DNA of 64,000 nucleotides from Methylocystaceae bacterium (GTDB lineage Bacteria; Pseudomonadota; Alphaproteobacteria; Rhizobiales; Beijerinckiaceae), in NCBI GenBank assembly GCA_009773555.1, contig WSXZ01000021.1, forward strand, positions 574 through 64,573. Reading direction: 5' to 3'. The translations under genes were made by a program, and so were the position numbers. Each line of letters starts with the position of its first letter. Position 1 is the first letter of the stretch. Below are positions 46,985-56,746 of the stretch, in pieces. The notes beneath the pieces were generated by a model. The model had not been told where the DNA came from. It was given only the letters and a program-made list of their open reading frames with translations, and searched no databases.

Positions 46985-47401
46985 ATGGACGACCTCGACC
47001 ACCGACTCATCGCGCTGCTGCGGTCGGACGCGCGGGCTTCTTTATCCCAGCTCGCCAAGGCGCTCGGCGTCTCGCGCGGGACGGTCCAGAACCGACTCGA
47101 CAAGCTCATCGCGTCCGACGTGATCCTGGGCTTTACGGTTCGGCTGAAAAATCCTTCCGCATCCGATCGTATCCGGGCGATCATGATGGTCGAAGTCTCC
47201 GGCAAGAATTCCCGTCGCGTCGCTCAGGCGCTGCGCGGGCTCCCGCAGATCCACACGCTTTACAGCACCAACGGGCCTTTCGACCTCATCGCCGAAATTG
47301 AATGCGCCAATCTCGAGGAATTCGATCGGGTGCTGTCGGGAGTCAGAATGATCGAGGGCATCGCGAGAAGCGAGACGAGTTTACTGCTCGCTCCCGCCTG
47401 A
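46985..47401 (+). CDS. Lrp/AsnC family transcriptional regulator
   Basis: HTH segment LSQLAKALGVSRGTVQNRLDKL plus a C-terminal RAM domain. It is divergent from the OCD operon. Confidence 0.85.
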   Translation: MDDLDHRLIALLRSDARASLSQLAKALGVSRGTVQNRLDKLIASDVILGFTVRLKNPSASDRIRAIMMVEVSGKNSRRVAQALRGLPQIHTLYSTNGPFDLIAEIECANLEEFDRVLSGVRMIEGIARSETSLLLAPA

Positions 47402-47407
47402 GCCTAC

Positions 47408-48847
47408 TCAGTGCAACGCCTGCGCTGCTCTTGAATCGCTGGGAGCCAGCCTCTCGTCCCCCTCCGATGCGCGCGGCAGGAACACGCGCGCGATCAGTCC
47501 GTGGGGTTCGCGGTCGAGCAGAGACACGGATCCGCCGTGGTTCTCAACGAGCGAGCGCACGATAGATAGCCCCAATCCAAATCCGCTGTGCTCGTCAAGG
47601 GTTCGTCCGGGCTGACCGCGAACGAAAGGCTCGAATGCGGTCTGCTTGCTTTCCGCTGACATTCCTGGCCCGTCGTCGATGACGTCGACCTGTATCAGTC
47701 CTTCCGGCCGATCGGTCAGAAGCACGTCCACTGTCTTCGCGTGATGCGTGGCGTTCTCGACGAGATTGGTAAAAATGCGCTGCATGTCGGGGAGCGATCC
47801 GAAAACCATTTGGCGTCCGCCGCCATGGTAGGTCACATGATGCCCAAGGTCGCAGAACTCGTCGGCGACAGTTTGCAGAACGCTGTCGAGATCGACCAGG
47901 GAACAGTCGGATTTGTCGTCTCCCTCGGCGCGCAAATACTGAAGGTTCTTGAACAGCATTGCGTCCATGAGATCGACGTCGCGCATCATCCGCTGCTGAA
48001 GGTTTTGATCTGGCACGAACTCCGTTTTCAGCTTCAAGCGCGTGATGATCGTACGCAAGTCGTGACTCACCGCCGCAAGCACATGGGCGCGCGCGGCGAT
48101 CATCTTGCTGATGCGCGCCTGCATGCGATTGAGCGAGCGGGTCAATTCGCGAACTTCCTGGGGACCTCGCTCCGGGAGCTGCGCTTTCGGATCGACATCG
48201 TTCGGAATCTGCTCAGCATATTTTGCCAGTCGTCGCAGCGGCGCCATGATCGCGTTCAGCGCCCAGAACACGAAGATCGCTGTGAATATGATAAAGGACA
48301 GGGCCGTTCGCGCGCCCTGAGTCAGGATAAACGGTTCGTCATCGGCATGCTGCCAAAGCCATCGCCATATCGAACCGGGAGATTTTTGATGCTCGGCGAT
48401 TGAGACCGTCGCATAGCCGCCCTTATGCAATTCGACAGCGAGGACGCCGTAATCTTCAGGCGTTGAATTGTCGACCTTGAACACGTCTGCGCCGTTCCAC
48501 AACAGCGAGTCGATGTGACGAATTTCATTGTCAAAGGCGAGATCGCCGCCGCCCGTCGAAGAATTCGCCGCCGGAGGGCGCGCCTCCTGAATCTCGATAC
48601 TGGCGTAGGGAACGGCGTGAGAGAGCGCTGAAATGACATTGGCTCTCTCCGAGAGCGGCGCGACGTCCAGAGCGAGGATTATGCTCGCGATGAAATCGCC
48701 TTGATCGACAATGTGCCGCCGGCCGAACACATGGAACATGCCGATCACGATCGTTTGGAATGCGACGATGGACACAAGCATGAGCAGCGTAATCTGCACG
48801 GCCAGTTTGTTGAGCCGGAACCGCCAGGGAACGCGAGTTGAGTTCAT
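47408..48847 (-). CDS. Sensor histidine kinase (two TM helices, HAMP, HisKA, HATPase_c)
   Basis: H-box SHDLRTIITRL, N-box NLVENATHH, G2 box GFGLGLSIV. Confidence 0.85.
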   Translation of the reverse strand: MNSTRVPWRFRLNKLAVQITLLMLVSIVAFQTIVIGMFHVFGRRHIVDQGDFIASIILALDVAPLSERANVISALSHAVPYASIEIQEARPPAANSSTGGGDLAFDNEIRHIDSLLWNGADVFKVDNSTPEDYGVLAVELHKGGYATVSIAEHQKSPGSIWRWLWQHADDEPFILTQGARTALSFIIFTAIFVFWALNAIMAPLRRLAKYAEQIPNDVDPKAQLPERGPQEVRELTRSLNRMQARISKMIAARAHVLAAVSHDLRTIITRLKLKTEFVPDQNLQQRMMRDVDLMDAMLFKNLQYLRAEGDDKSDCSLVDLDSVLQTVADEFCDLGHHVTYHGGGRQMVFGSLPDMQRIFTNLVENATHHAKTVDVLLTDRPEGLIQVDVIDDGPGMSAESKQTAFEPFVRGQPGRTLDEHSGFGLGLSIVRSLVENHGGSVSLLDREPHGLIARVFLPRASEGDERLAPSDSRAAQALH

Positions 48848-49578
48848 GCGCGCGTGACCTGCGTGGAAAAGATATAGCCTTCGGACCGCACGGTCTGGAT
48901 GAACGCGGGCTTTCTCGGATCCGTTTCGATCTTCTGTCGAAGCCGGCTGATCAGGACGTCAATGCTCCGCTCAAAGGGACCGGTCGTTGGGCCATGCGTC
49001 ATGTTGATCAGTTGCTCGCGCGTCAACACCCGATGGGGATTTTCGCACAAAGCATGCAACAGATCGAATTCGGCGCCGGTCATGGCCACCTTTATGCCGC
49101 ACGGCGCGACGACCTCCCGAGCCAGCACGTCGACGCGCCAGCCGGAGAAAAGATACGCTTGCCGCATCGCGCGCCCGTCGACGGCGCTGGGTGTTTCAGT
49201 TCGCCTCAGCACCGCGCGAATGCGCGCCAGCAGCTCGCGCGAATTGAAGGGCTTAACAATGTAGTCGTCGGCCCCGAGCTCCAGCCCCAATATTTTATCG
49301 ATATCCTCCGATTGCGCGGTCAGTATGATTATTGGAATGCGTCTCTCGGCGCGCATACGCCGGCAAATGGAGAATCCGTCTTCGCCGGGAAGATTAAGAT
49401 CCAGTATCAACAGGTCGTAGACGCCGGCGCTGAACGCCGCGTCCATTTCCTTGGCGTTTGCGGCGACCTTCGTCTGAAGGTCGTGACCCGCGAGATAAAG
49501 CGAAATGAACTCGCCGATTTCGGCGTCATCCTCGACGATCAGAATTGAAATGGGAGACGCCACGGGTCGCGCGATCAC
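48844..49578 (-). CDS. OmpR/PhoB-family response regulator
   Basis: Receiver ILIVEDD...LLILDLNLPGEDG and a winged-helix C-terminus IQTVRSEGYIF. It overlaps the kinase gene by 4 bp. Confidence 0.9.
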   Translation of the reverse strand: MIARPVASPISILIVEDDAEIGEFISLYLAGHDLQTKVAANAKEMDAAFSAGVYDLLILDLNLPGEDGFSICRRMRAERRIPIIILTAQSEDIDKILGLELGADDYIVKPFNSRELLARIRAVLRRTETPSAVDGRAMRQAYLFSGWRVDVLAREVVAPCGIKVAMTGAEFDLLHALCENPHRVLTREQLINMTHGPTTGPFERSIDVLISRLRQKIETDPRKPAFIQTVRSEGYIFSTQVTRA

Positions 49579-49610
49579 TTTCGTTGGGAGGAGCGGAAAC
49601 TAATAATGCA

Positions 49611-49628
49611 GTGTTTCTAGAGTGTTTC
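49611..49628. promoter_or_regulatory. Candidate response-regulator binding site: 7-4-7 direct repeat
   Basis: GTGTTTC-TAGA-GTGTTTC with 11-bp periodicity, in the divergent region between the RR/HK operon and the SulP operon. Confidence 0.4.
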
Positions 49629-49820
49629 CATCACAAAAACGATTGCGCCCCGCGACGATTCCGCAGCTCTGTCCGATCTCGTCCGATTTGAGAAAAGAAT
49701 CAGAAACAATCTCCGTGGTCTGAAAAACTGGAGAAACACCACGGCCACTGGTCTGTCCTATGTTGCGACCGCTAAGGGGTGCGCCAAGGTTTCGACTGAG
49801 CGCGATGGCAAGGACACCAT

Positions 49821-51614
49821 ATGAAAAGCAAGGCTCATGCTGTCACCCGCGACCTGGAAGCGGACGCGGTTGAGGCAAGCGCCTCTCAGCGCGCCGGGTC
49901 ATCGGCGCAAGACGAATGGCTGGGCAAGGACCTAGGCGGACCCGCCATGGATGAGAATCGCTCAAATTTCGCAGGGACGATTCCAACCCGGTTCACGCCG
50001 AAAACCGGCCTCGCCGGATTGGCCGAAAATTGGCGCGCCGATATTCTGTCCGGCTTTCTGGTCTTTCTTATCGCGCTGCCGCTCTGCCTCGGCATTTCGA
50101 TGGCCTCCGGCTTTCCGCCGCAGGCGGGCATCATCACCGCCGTCGTTGGCGGCCTGCTGGTGTCACGAATCAATGGCTCCTTCGTCACCATCACCGGACC
50201 GGCGGCGGGCCTCATCGTGGTCATTCTGGACTCGGTGCAGGCGCTCGGCGACGGCGACGCCAAAGCCGGCTACCACTACACCTTAGCCGCGATTGTATGC
50301 GCCAGCGTCATCCAGATGCTGATGGGCGTCATGAAGGCCGGCAAGATGAGCGCCTTTTTTCCGTCCTCGGCCGTGCATGGCATGTTGGCGGCGATCGGCA
50401 TCATCATTATGGCCAAGCAGATCCACGTCATGCTGGGCGTGAAGCCGGATGCGCAGACTCTGTTTGAGACGATCGGCGCAATCCCCGCAAGCATTCGCGA
50501 CATGAATCCAGAAGTGGCGATTATTGGCGGCCTTGGGCTTTTGATCCTGATCGCCTGGTCGCTGGTGAAGAGTCGCCGACTGAAAATGATCCCGGCGCCG
50601 CTCGTCGTCGTGATCATCGGCATGGCGCTCGCGCAATATTACGATCTCGACGATGAACATATCTATCTCTTCCTGCCGGACTATCCGTTTCTGCCGCATC
50701 ACGAATTCACGATCGGTCCGAAGTTTCTTGTCTCGATTCCGCAGAACTTCCTCTCCGGCTTCGCCTTCCCGGATTTCTCGCTGATCGGCTCCAGCATATT
50801 CTGGCAGCAGGTCTTCGCCATCTGTCTCGTCGGCAGCCTGGAGAGCCTGCTCAGCTCGGCGGCGGTCGATAAGCTCGACCCTTGTAAGCGCACCTCGGAT
50901 CTCAACCGCGACCTCGCGGCGGTCGGCTTCGGCAACATCATCTGCGGCCTGATTGGCGGTCTGCCGATGATCGCAGAAATCGTCCGCAGCTCCGCCAATG
51001 TGAATAATGGCGCGCGCACAGGATGGGCGAATTTCTTCCATGGATTGTTCCTGCTGATCTTCGTCGCCCTCTTCCCGAGGGTCATTCACGAGATCCCGCT
51101 CGCCGCGCTTGCCGCGCTGCTGGTGTTCACCGGCTACCGACTCGCGTCGCCGCTCGAGTTCAAGAAGACGCTGGCGATCGGCTGGGACCAGCTCACCGTT
51201 TTCGTGATCACCATCGTCGGCGTGCTGGCGACCGACCTGCTGATCGGCGTCGCCATCGGCATCGCCGCCGAGTTCCTGTTCCACTTCTGGCGCAGCGTCA
51301 ATTGGGGACAGATCTTCAAGCTGCATCGCGACATCGTGGAGATCGAGCCCGGCGTCTACGAGGTCAAGATCGGCGGCGCCGCGTTTTTCGCCAATTACCT
51401 CGCGCTCAAGGGCGATCTCGTGAAGCTCCCGAAGGGCAAGAAGATCATCTTTGATCTCTCAGAGTCCTGGTGCGTCGATCATACGGTGATGGAGAACCTC
51501 CATCACTTTTGCGAGGACTATGAAGCAAACGGCGGCCGCGCAGAGATTTGCGGACTGGATCAACACGTCGCGACGTCAAAGCATCCCCTCGCCCCGCGCA
51601 AGCGCAGCGTCTAG
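49821..51614 (+). CDS. SulP family inorganic anion transporter with C-terminal STAS domain
   Basis: ~12 hydrophobic segments and a SulP-like N-terminal region LAENWRADILSGFLVFLIALPLCLGISMASG. The C-terminal STAS-like domain reads KIIFDLSESWCVDHTVMENL. Confidence 0.85.
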   Translation: MKSKAHAVTRDLEADAVEASASQRAGSSAQDEWLGKDLGGPAMDENRSNFAGTIPTRFTPKTGLAGLAENWRADILSGFLVFLIALPLCLGISMASGFPPQAGIITAVVGGLLVSRINGSFVTITGPAAGLIVVILDSVQALGDGDAKAGYHYTLAAIVCASVIQMLMGVMKAGKMSAFFPSSAVHGMLAAIGIIIMAKQIHVMLGVKPDAQTLFETIGAIPASIRDMNPEVAIIGGLGLLILIAWSLVKSRRLKMIPAPLVVVIIGMALAQYYDLDDEHIYLFLPDYPFLPHHEFTIGPKFLVSIPQNFLSGFAFPDFSLIGSSIFWQQVFAICLVGSLESLLSSAAVDKLDPCKRTSDLNRDLAAVGFGNIICGLIGGLPMIAEIVRSSANVNNGARTGWANFFHGLFLLIFVALFPRVIHEIPLAALAALLVFTGYRLASPLEFKKTLAIGWDQLTVFVITIVGVLATDLLIGVAIGIAAEFLFHFWRSVNWGQIFKLHRDIVEIEPGVYEVKIGGAAFFANYLALKGDLVKLPKGKKIIFDLSESWCVDHTVMENLHHFCEDYEANGGRAEICGLDQHVATSKHPLAPRKRSV

Positions 51615-51674
51615 TCCGTAAAGTTCACGCAGGGCGCGACCGACGACCGTCGCGTCGAATCGAAGGTGACACGT

Positions 51675-53672
51675 ATGCCGCTCTACCTGGCGCTGACCTC
51701 TGTCAGCGCCCTGCTCGCCGTCGGCGTCTACGCCATCGTCGACAGGCGGAACCATGACGTCAGCCGCAACGTCTACCGCCTGTGCATCGGCCTCTGCGGC
51801 GTCATCTTTCTCGCAGCGGTCATGCCAAGGGGCGCTCATGTCGTTTCCACGACTTTGCCGCTCGGGCTGCCGTGGATCGGCATGCATTTTCGCATCGACG
51901 TCCTGACCGCCTTTTTCCTCGCCGTCGTCAATCTGGGCGGCGCGGCGGCGAGCGCCTATGCGATCGGCTATGGCGCGCATGAGAAGGAGCCGATGCGCGT
52001 GCTGCCGTTCTATCCAGCCTTTCTCGCTGGCATGAACCTCGTCGTGCTGGCCGACGACGCCTTCACCTTTCTCGTCGCTTGGGAGTTCATGTCGCTTGCG
52101 TCATGGGCGCTCGTGCTGACGCATCATCATGAGGAGGAGAACAGGCGCGCCGGCTTCGTCTATCTGTTGATGGCGAGCTTCGGCGGGTTTGCGCTGTTGA
52201 TGGCGTTCGGCGTTCTCGGCGGCGTCGGCGGCGCCTATGACTTCGCCTCGATTCGCGAGTCGACTAAGGCGGGCTGGACCTCGGGCCTCGTCCTGGCCCT
52301 CGCGTTAATCGGCATGGGGTCGAAAGCCGGACTCGCGCCCCTGCATATCTGGTTGCCGCTCGCCCATCCCGCGGCGCCGAGCCATGTCTCGGCCCTGATG
52401 AGCGGCGTTATGACGAAGGTCGCCGTCTACGGCTTCATTCGCGTCGTGTTCGACTTGCTCGGGCCGCCGGCCTTCTGGTGGTCGGTCGAGCCGATGACCT
52501 TTGGCGCGGCGAGCGCCCTCATCGGCGTTCTCTTCGCGACGATTCAGAGCGATTTGAAGAAGCTGCTCGCCTACAGCACTATCGAAAACATTGGCGTCAT
52601 TTTCATCGCGCTCGGACTCGCCTTGGCGTTCAAGGCCAATGGCATGGCGCTGCCGGCCGCGCTCGCCTTCACGGCGGCGCTCTTTCACGTTTTCAATCAT
52701 TCGCTGTTCAAGAGCCTGCTGTTCTTTGGCGCCGGCGCGGTATTGAATGCGAGCGGCGAAAGAAGCATCGAGCGGCTCGGCGGTCTTATCCACGCCATGC
52801 CGAAAACGGCGTTCCTTTTTCTCGGCGGCTGCGTCGCCATCGCCGCCCTACCGCCGCTGAACGGTTTCGTCTCGGAATGGCTGGTCTTTCAGGCGATCCT
52901 GCTGAGCCCGGCGCTGCCGCAATGGACAGTGAAGCTCCTCGTTCCGGCGGTCGGCGTGGCGCTGGCGCTGAGCGCGGCGCTCGGCGCCGGCTGTTACATA
53001 CGCGCCTATGGCGTCGCTTTTCTGGGGCGTCCCCGCAGCGAAGCGGCGCGCAGGGCGCACGACCCGGATCGCTGGTCGCTCGGCGCTATGGCGGTTTTGC
53101 TGACGCTGTGCCTCATCGCCGGTCTGCTGCCGAGCCTCCTCATCGACACGATCTCACCCGTGGCGAAGGATTTTGTCGGCGCCCGCATGCCGACGCAGGC
53201 CGAACTCTCCTGGCTCTCGATCGCGCCGATCGCCGAAAGCCGCAGCTCCTATAATGGGCTTCTGGTCTTCCTGTTCATTCTCTTCTCCGCCTATTCGGCG
53301 AGATGGGTCATCCACAAATTTGGCGCGACGCGGTCGCGGCGCGCGCCGGCGTGGGACTGCGGCTACATCGAAGCCAGCCCCATGACCCAATACACCGGCA
53401 GCAGCTTCGCGCAGCCGATCCGGCGCACCCTTGGCGTCATCGCCTTTTCGGTGCAAGAGCGCCTCGACATGCCGGCGCCCGGCGATACGCGGGCCGCGCG
53501 CCTCAGCGTCGACATCAAGGATCGAATCTTCGACTATCTCTATGCGCCGCTCACGCGGGCGGTGGAATCTTGCGCCGAGCGGCTGAACGTCCTCAGTCTT
53601 ATGACGATCCAGGAATATCTCGCGCTCGTTTTCGCCGCGCTCGTCTTCCTCCTGGTGCTGGTGGCGATATGA
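51675..53672 (+). CDS. HyfB/NuoL-like antiporter-type membrane subunit
   Basis: ~665 aa and polytopic, with a proton-pumping-subunit-like core (WEFMSLASWALV, LPLAHPAAPSHVSALMSG). GAAGG lies 8 nt upstream of the ATG. Confidence 0.85.
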   Translation: MPLYLALTSVSALLAVGVYAIVDRRNHDVSRNVYRLCIGLCGVIFLAAVMPRGAHVVSTTLPLGLPWIGMHFRIDVLTAFFLAVVNLGGAAASAYAIGYGAHEKEPMRVLPFYPAFLAGMNLVVLADDAFTFLVAWEFMSLASWALVLTHHHEEENRRAGFVYLLMASFGGFALLMAFGVLGGVGGAYDFASIRESTKAGWTSGLVLALALIGMGSKAGLAPLHIWLPLAHPAAPSHVSALMSGVMTKVAVYGFIRVVFDLLGPPAFWWSVEPMTFGAASALIGVLFATIQSDLKKLLAYSTIENIGVIFIALGLALAFKANGMALPAALAFTAALFHVFNHSLFKSLLFFGAGAVLNASGERSIERLGGLIHAMPKTAFLFLGGCVAIAALPPLNGFVSEWLVFQAILLSPALPQWTVKLLVPAVGVALALSAALGAGCYIRAYGVAFLGRPRSEAARRAHDPDRWSLGAMAVLLTLCLIAGLLPSLLIDTISPVAKDFVGARMPTQAELSWLSIAPIAESRSSYNGLLVFLFILFSAYSARWVIHKFGATRSRRAPAWDCGYIEASPMTQYTGSSFAQPIRRTLGVIAFSVQERLDMPAPGDTRAARLSVDIKDRIFDYLYAPLTRAVESCAERLNVLSLMTIQEYLALVFAALVFLLVLVAI

Positions 53673-54622
53673 CCCTTCTTTTCAACCTTATGGCGCAGAG
53701 CCTTCAAATGCTTTTGGTGCTTGCGCTGGCGCCGCTGCTGATCGGCTTCGTTCGAAAGCTGAAAGCGCGTCTCTTGCGCCGTACAGGGCCGCCGATCATT
53801 CAGCCCTGGCTCGATCTCATTCGGCTGCTGCGCAAGGAGGTCGTCCTCGCGGACAACGCATCGTGGCTGTATCGCGCCGCGCCCTATCTGATCTTTGCGA
53901 TGATCTGGGTCGCCGCATCGCTGGTGCCGACATTCGCCACCGGACTGACGTTCAGCTGGTCGGCCGATCTCATCGCCATCATCGCCCTGCTCGGCAGCGC
54001 CCGTTTCTTCCTTGCTCTCGCCGGCATGGACATTGGAACGAGTTTTGGCGGCATCGGCTCCAGCCGCGAGGCGATGTTCGGCTCGCTCGCCGAGCCGGCG
54101 ATGATGATGATCGTCTTCACCGTCTCCTTCGTCGCCGGAACGACGCAGCTCTCTGAAATTGCGGCCTATATGGCCGGAAATCTGGAATTGCGCGCCTCCG
54201 TCGGCATGGCGCTCGTCGCGCTCCTCATCGTCGCCATCGCAGAGAATGGTCGGATTCCCGTCGACAATCCGGCGACCCATCTCGAGCTGACGATGGTGCA
54301 TGAAGCGATGGTTCTCGAATATTCCGGGCGCTATCTCGCGCTCATTGAACTCGCCTCCGCGCTCAAACTGCTCCTTTATCTCTCGCTCATCGCCTGCGTC
54401 TTTTTCCCGGTTGGACTAGCGTCGCATGATGCGGGCGTGGAGGCGATGATGATCGGGCTTTGCGCTTACATCCTCAAGCTGGCGATCGGCGGCGGCGCGC
54501 TCGCGCTGTTTGAGACATCGACCGCCAAGATGCGCATCTTCCGCGTGCCGGACTTTCTCGGCGCCGGGCTGATGCTCGGCCTCCTCGCGACGCTGCTCGT
54601 TTTCGTGACACGGAGCCTCTGA
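53669..54622 (+). CDS. HyfC/HycD/NuoH-like membrane subunit
   Basis: ATGA overlap with the upstream gene. The 317-aa polytopic product has a NuoH-like pattern (GPPIIQPWLDLIRLLRKE). Confidence 0.85.
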   Translation: MTLLFNLMAQSLQMLLVLALAPLLIGFVRKLKARLLRRTGPPIIQPWLDLIRLLRKEVVLADNASWLYRAAPYLIFAMIWVAASLVPTFATGLTFSWSADLIAIIALLGSARFFLALAGMDIGTSFGGIGSSREAMFGSLAEPAMMMIVFTVSFVAGTTQLSEIAAYMAGNLELRASVGMALVALLIVAIAENGRIPVDNPATHLELTMVHEAMVLEYSGRYLALIELASALKLLLYLSLIACVFFPVGLASHDAGVEAMMIGLCAYILKLAIGGGALALFETSTAKMRIFRVPDFLGAGLMLGLLATLLVFVTRSL

Positions 54623-55284
54623 TGGAGCTTCTGACAATCGACATCGCCCATGTGCTCGCGGGTGCGCTCCTGCTGACGAGCTTCATGCTGCTGTATCAGG
54701 ACAGACTGTCGGGGCTGATCAATATCTACACGCTCCACGCCGTCATTCTGTCGCTGTCGGTCGCCTGGCAGGCCTATTACCAGGACGCGCCGCACCTCTA
54801 TTTCACAGCTTGCATCGCGGCGGTCTTCAAGGCGCTAATCATTCCCTTCAGCCTTCGCCGCATCATCAAGCGCTTGCGCATCCACCGCACCGTGGAGGTC
54901 GTTGGCGGCGTCGGCATAACCATGCTCATCGGCATATTTCTCGTGGCGCTGTCGCTCGTCGTCATGCTGCCGGCGACCGCCTCCGCCGATCCGCTGTCGC
55001 GCGAGGACATCGCATTCGCCTTGGCGATCGTGCTGCTCGGGCTGTTGATGATGGTGACGCGACGCAACGCCGTGAGCCAGATTATCGGTTTCATGTCGCT
55101 GGAAAACGGCTTGATTCTCGCAGCGGCTGGGGCGAACGGCATGCCGCTCGTGGTCGAGATCAGCGTCGCCTTCTCGGTCCTCATCGCCTTCATCGTGATC
55201 GGCATCTTCCTGTTTCGCATCCGCGAGCGATTCGACAATGTCGACCTTTCTGAACTCGATCGCGTGCGCGGAGGACGTTCATGA
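54622..55284 (+). CDS. HyfE-like (NuoK-related) membrane subunit
   Basis: TGATG overlap with the upstream gene. The product is 220 aa and hydrophobic (GFMSLENGLILAA). Confidence 0.8.
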   Translation: MELLTIDIAHVLAGALLLTSFMLLYQDRLSGLINIYTLHAVILSLSVAWQAYYQDAPHLYFTACIAAVFKALIIPFSLRRIIKRLRIHRTVEVVGGVGITMLIGIFLVALSLVVMLPATASADPLSREDIAFALAIVLLGLLMMVTRRNAVSQIIGFMSLENGLILAAAGANGMPLVVEISVAFSVLIAFIVIGIFLFRIRERFDNVDLSELDRVRGGRS

Positions 55285-56729
55285 GTTCCGATCTCTTGCT
55301 GGTCTCGAACGCGCTTATTGGCATTCCCGCCGCCGCGGCCATTGCGGTCGCGCTTGAACCGGCCTACCGACGCTCGGCGATCATCAATCTCTGCGCCTCC
55401 GGCGCGACGTTTCTCTTCGCGCTTGTGCTTCTCGTCGTCGAGCCCGAAAGCGGTGGCTATCTCTTCGTCGACGACCTCAACATCGTCTTTATTGTGCTCT
55501 CGACCTTCATCGGGTTCACCACGAGCGTCTATAGCGCGAGCTATATCGACCATGAGCTGGAAACTGGCCGGCTGACCACGAGGAACGTGCGCTTCTATCA
55601 CGCGATGTATCAGTCGCTGATGTGCGCGATGAATCTGGCGCTGCTCGCCAGCAACATCGGCCTCATGTGGGTCGCGGTCGAAGTCGCAACCCTGACGACC
55701 GTGTTGATGGTCGGCATGTACCGCACGCCGCACGCGCTTGAGGCCGCTTGGAAATATTTCATCCTTGGCAGCGTCGGGATCGCGCTGGCGCTCTTCGGCA
55801 CGATCCTCATTTACATGGCGGCCGAGCCGGTGCTGGGACAGGGCTACGACGCCATGGTCTGGACGACGCTGATGTCGCAGGCGCCGCAGTTCAATCCGCG
55901 GATGCTCAACGTCGCCTTCGTGTTTCTGATGCTCGGCTACGGCACGAAGGTCGGCCTGGCGCCGATGCACGCCTGGCTGCCGGACGCGCACGCGGAAGGT
56001 CCGACGCCGATCTCGGCGGTCTTGTCCGGCCTCCTGCTGAATGTCGCGCTCTATGCGGTGCTGCGGTTCAAGATGCTGCTGACCGCGAATGCGGCGGCGA
56101 TTACGCCGGGCCCGCTGATGATCACGCTCGGCCTTGCATCGCTCATCATGGCAGCCTTCATGCTCTACCGCCGCGGCGACATCAAGCGGCTGTTTGCTTA
56201 CTCCTCCATCGAGCACATGGGCATCATCGCTTTCGCCTTCGGCATGGGCGGACCGCTCGCCAACTTCGCCGGCCTGCTGCACATGACGATGCACAGCCTG
56301 ACGAAGTCCGCGATCTTCTTCTCGGTCGGCCACATCGCACAGGCCAAGGGCACGCAGAAGATCGCCGACATCAGAGGACTGACGCAGAGCCATCCGGCGC
56401 TGGGCTGGTCTCTCGTCCTCGGCGTCGTGGCGATCATCGGCCTGCCGCCGCTCGGTATCTTCATGAGCGAATTTCTCGTCGTGAGTTCGACCTTCGCGCG
56501 CCAGCCGCTCCTCGCCATTCCGCTGGTTTTCGGCCTGCTGCTGGCTTTTGGCGCCTTGCTGTTGCGGCTCACCGGGATGGCGTTCGGCGAGCCAAGCCGC
56601 GACCACGGCGAGGTGAAGGCTTCGATGTGGCCTGTCTACGCGCATCTCTCGCTTGTGCTGCTCGCCGGAATCTATCTCCCGTCTCACGTCGTGACCTGGT
56701 TCCAGAACGTCGCGCGGCTCTTGGGTTGA
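55281..56729 (+). CDS. HyfF/NuoM-N-like antiporter-type membrane subunit
   Basis: 482 aa with GYGTKVGLAPMHAWLPDAHAEGPTPISAVLSG, typical of the Mrp/Nuo antiporter-like family. GGAGGA Shine-Dalgarno sequence. Confidence 0.85.
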   Translation: MSSDLLLVSNALIGIPAAAAIAVALEPAYRRSAIINLCASGATFLFALVLLVVEPESGGYLFVDDLNIVFIVLSTFIGFTTSVYSASYIDHELETGRLTTRNVRFYHAMYQSLMCAMNLALLASNIGLMWVAVEVATLTTVLMVGMYRTPHALEAAWKYFILGSVGIALALFGTILIYMAAEPVLGQGYDAMVWTTLMSQAPQFNPRMLNVAFVFLMLGYGTKVGLAPMHAWLPDAHAEGPTPISAVLSGLLLNVALYAVLRFKMLLTANAAAITPGPLMITLGLASLIMAAFMLYRRGDIKRLFAYSSIEHMGIIAFAFGMGGPLANFAGLLHMTMHSLTKSAIFFSVGHIAQAKGTQKIADIRGLTQSHPALGWSLVLGVVAIIGLPPLGIFMSEFLVVSSTFARQPLLAIPLVFGLLLAFGALLLRLTGMAFGEPSRDHGEVKASMWPVYAHLSLVLLAGIYLPSHVVTWFQNVARLLG

Positions 56730-56746
56730 GTTCGAAGGATGAAAAG

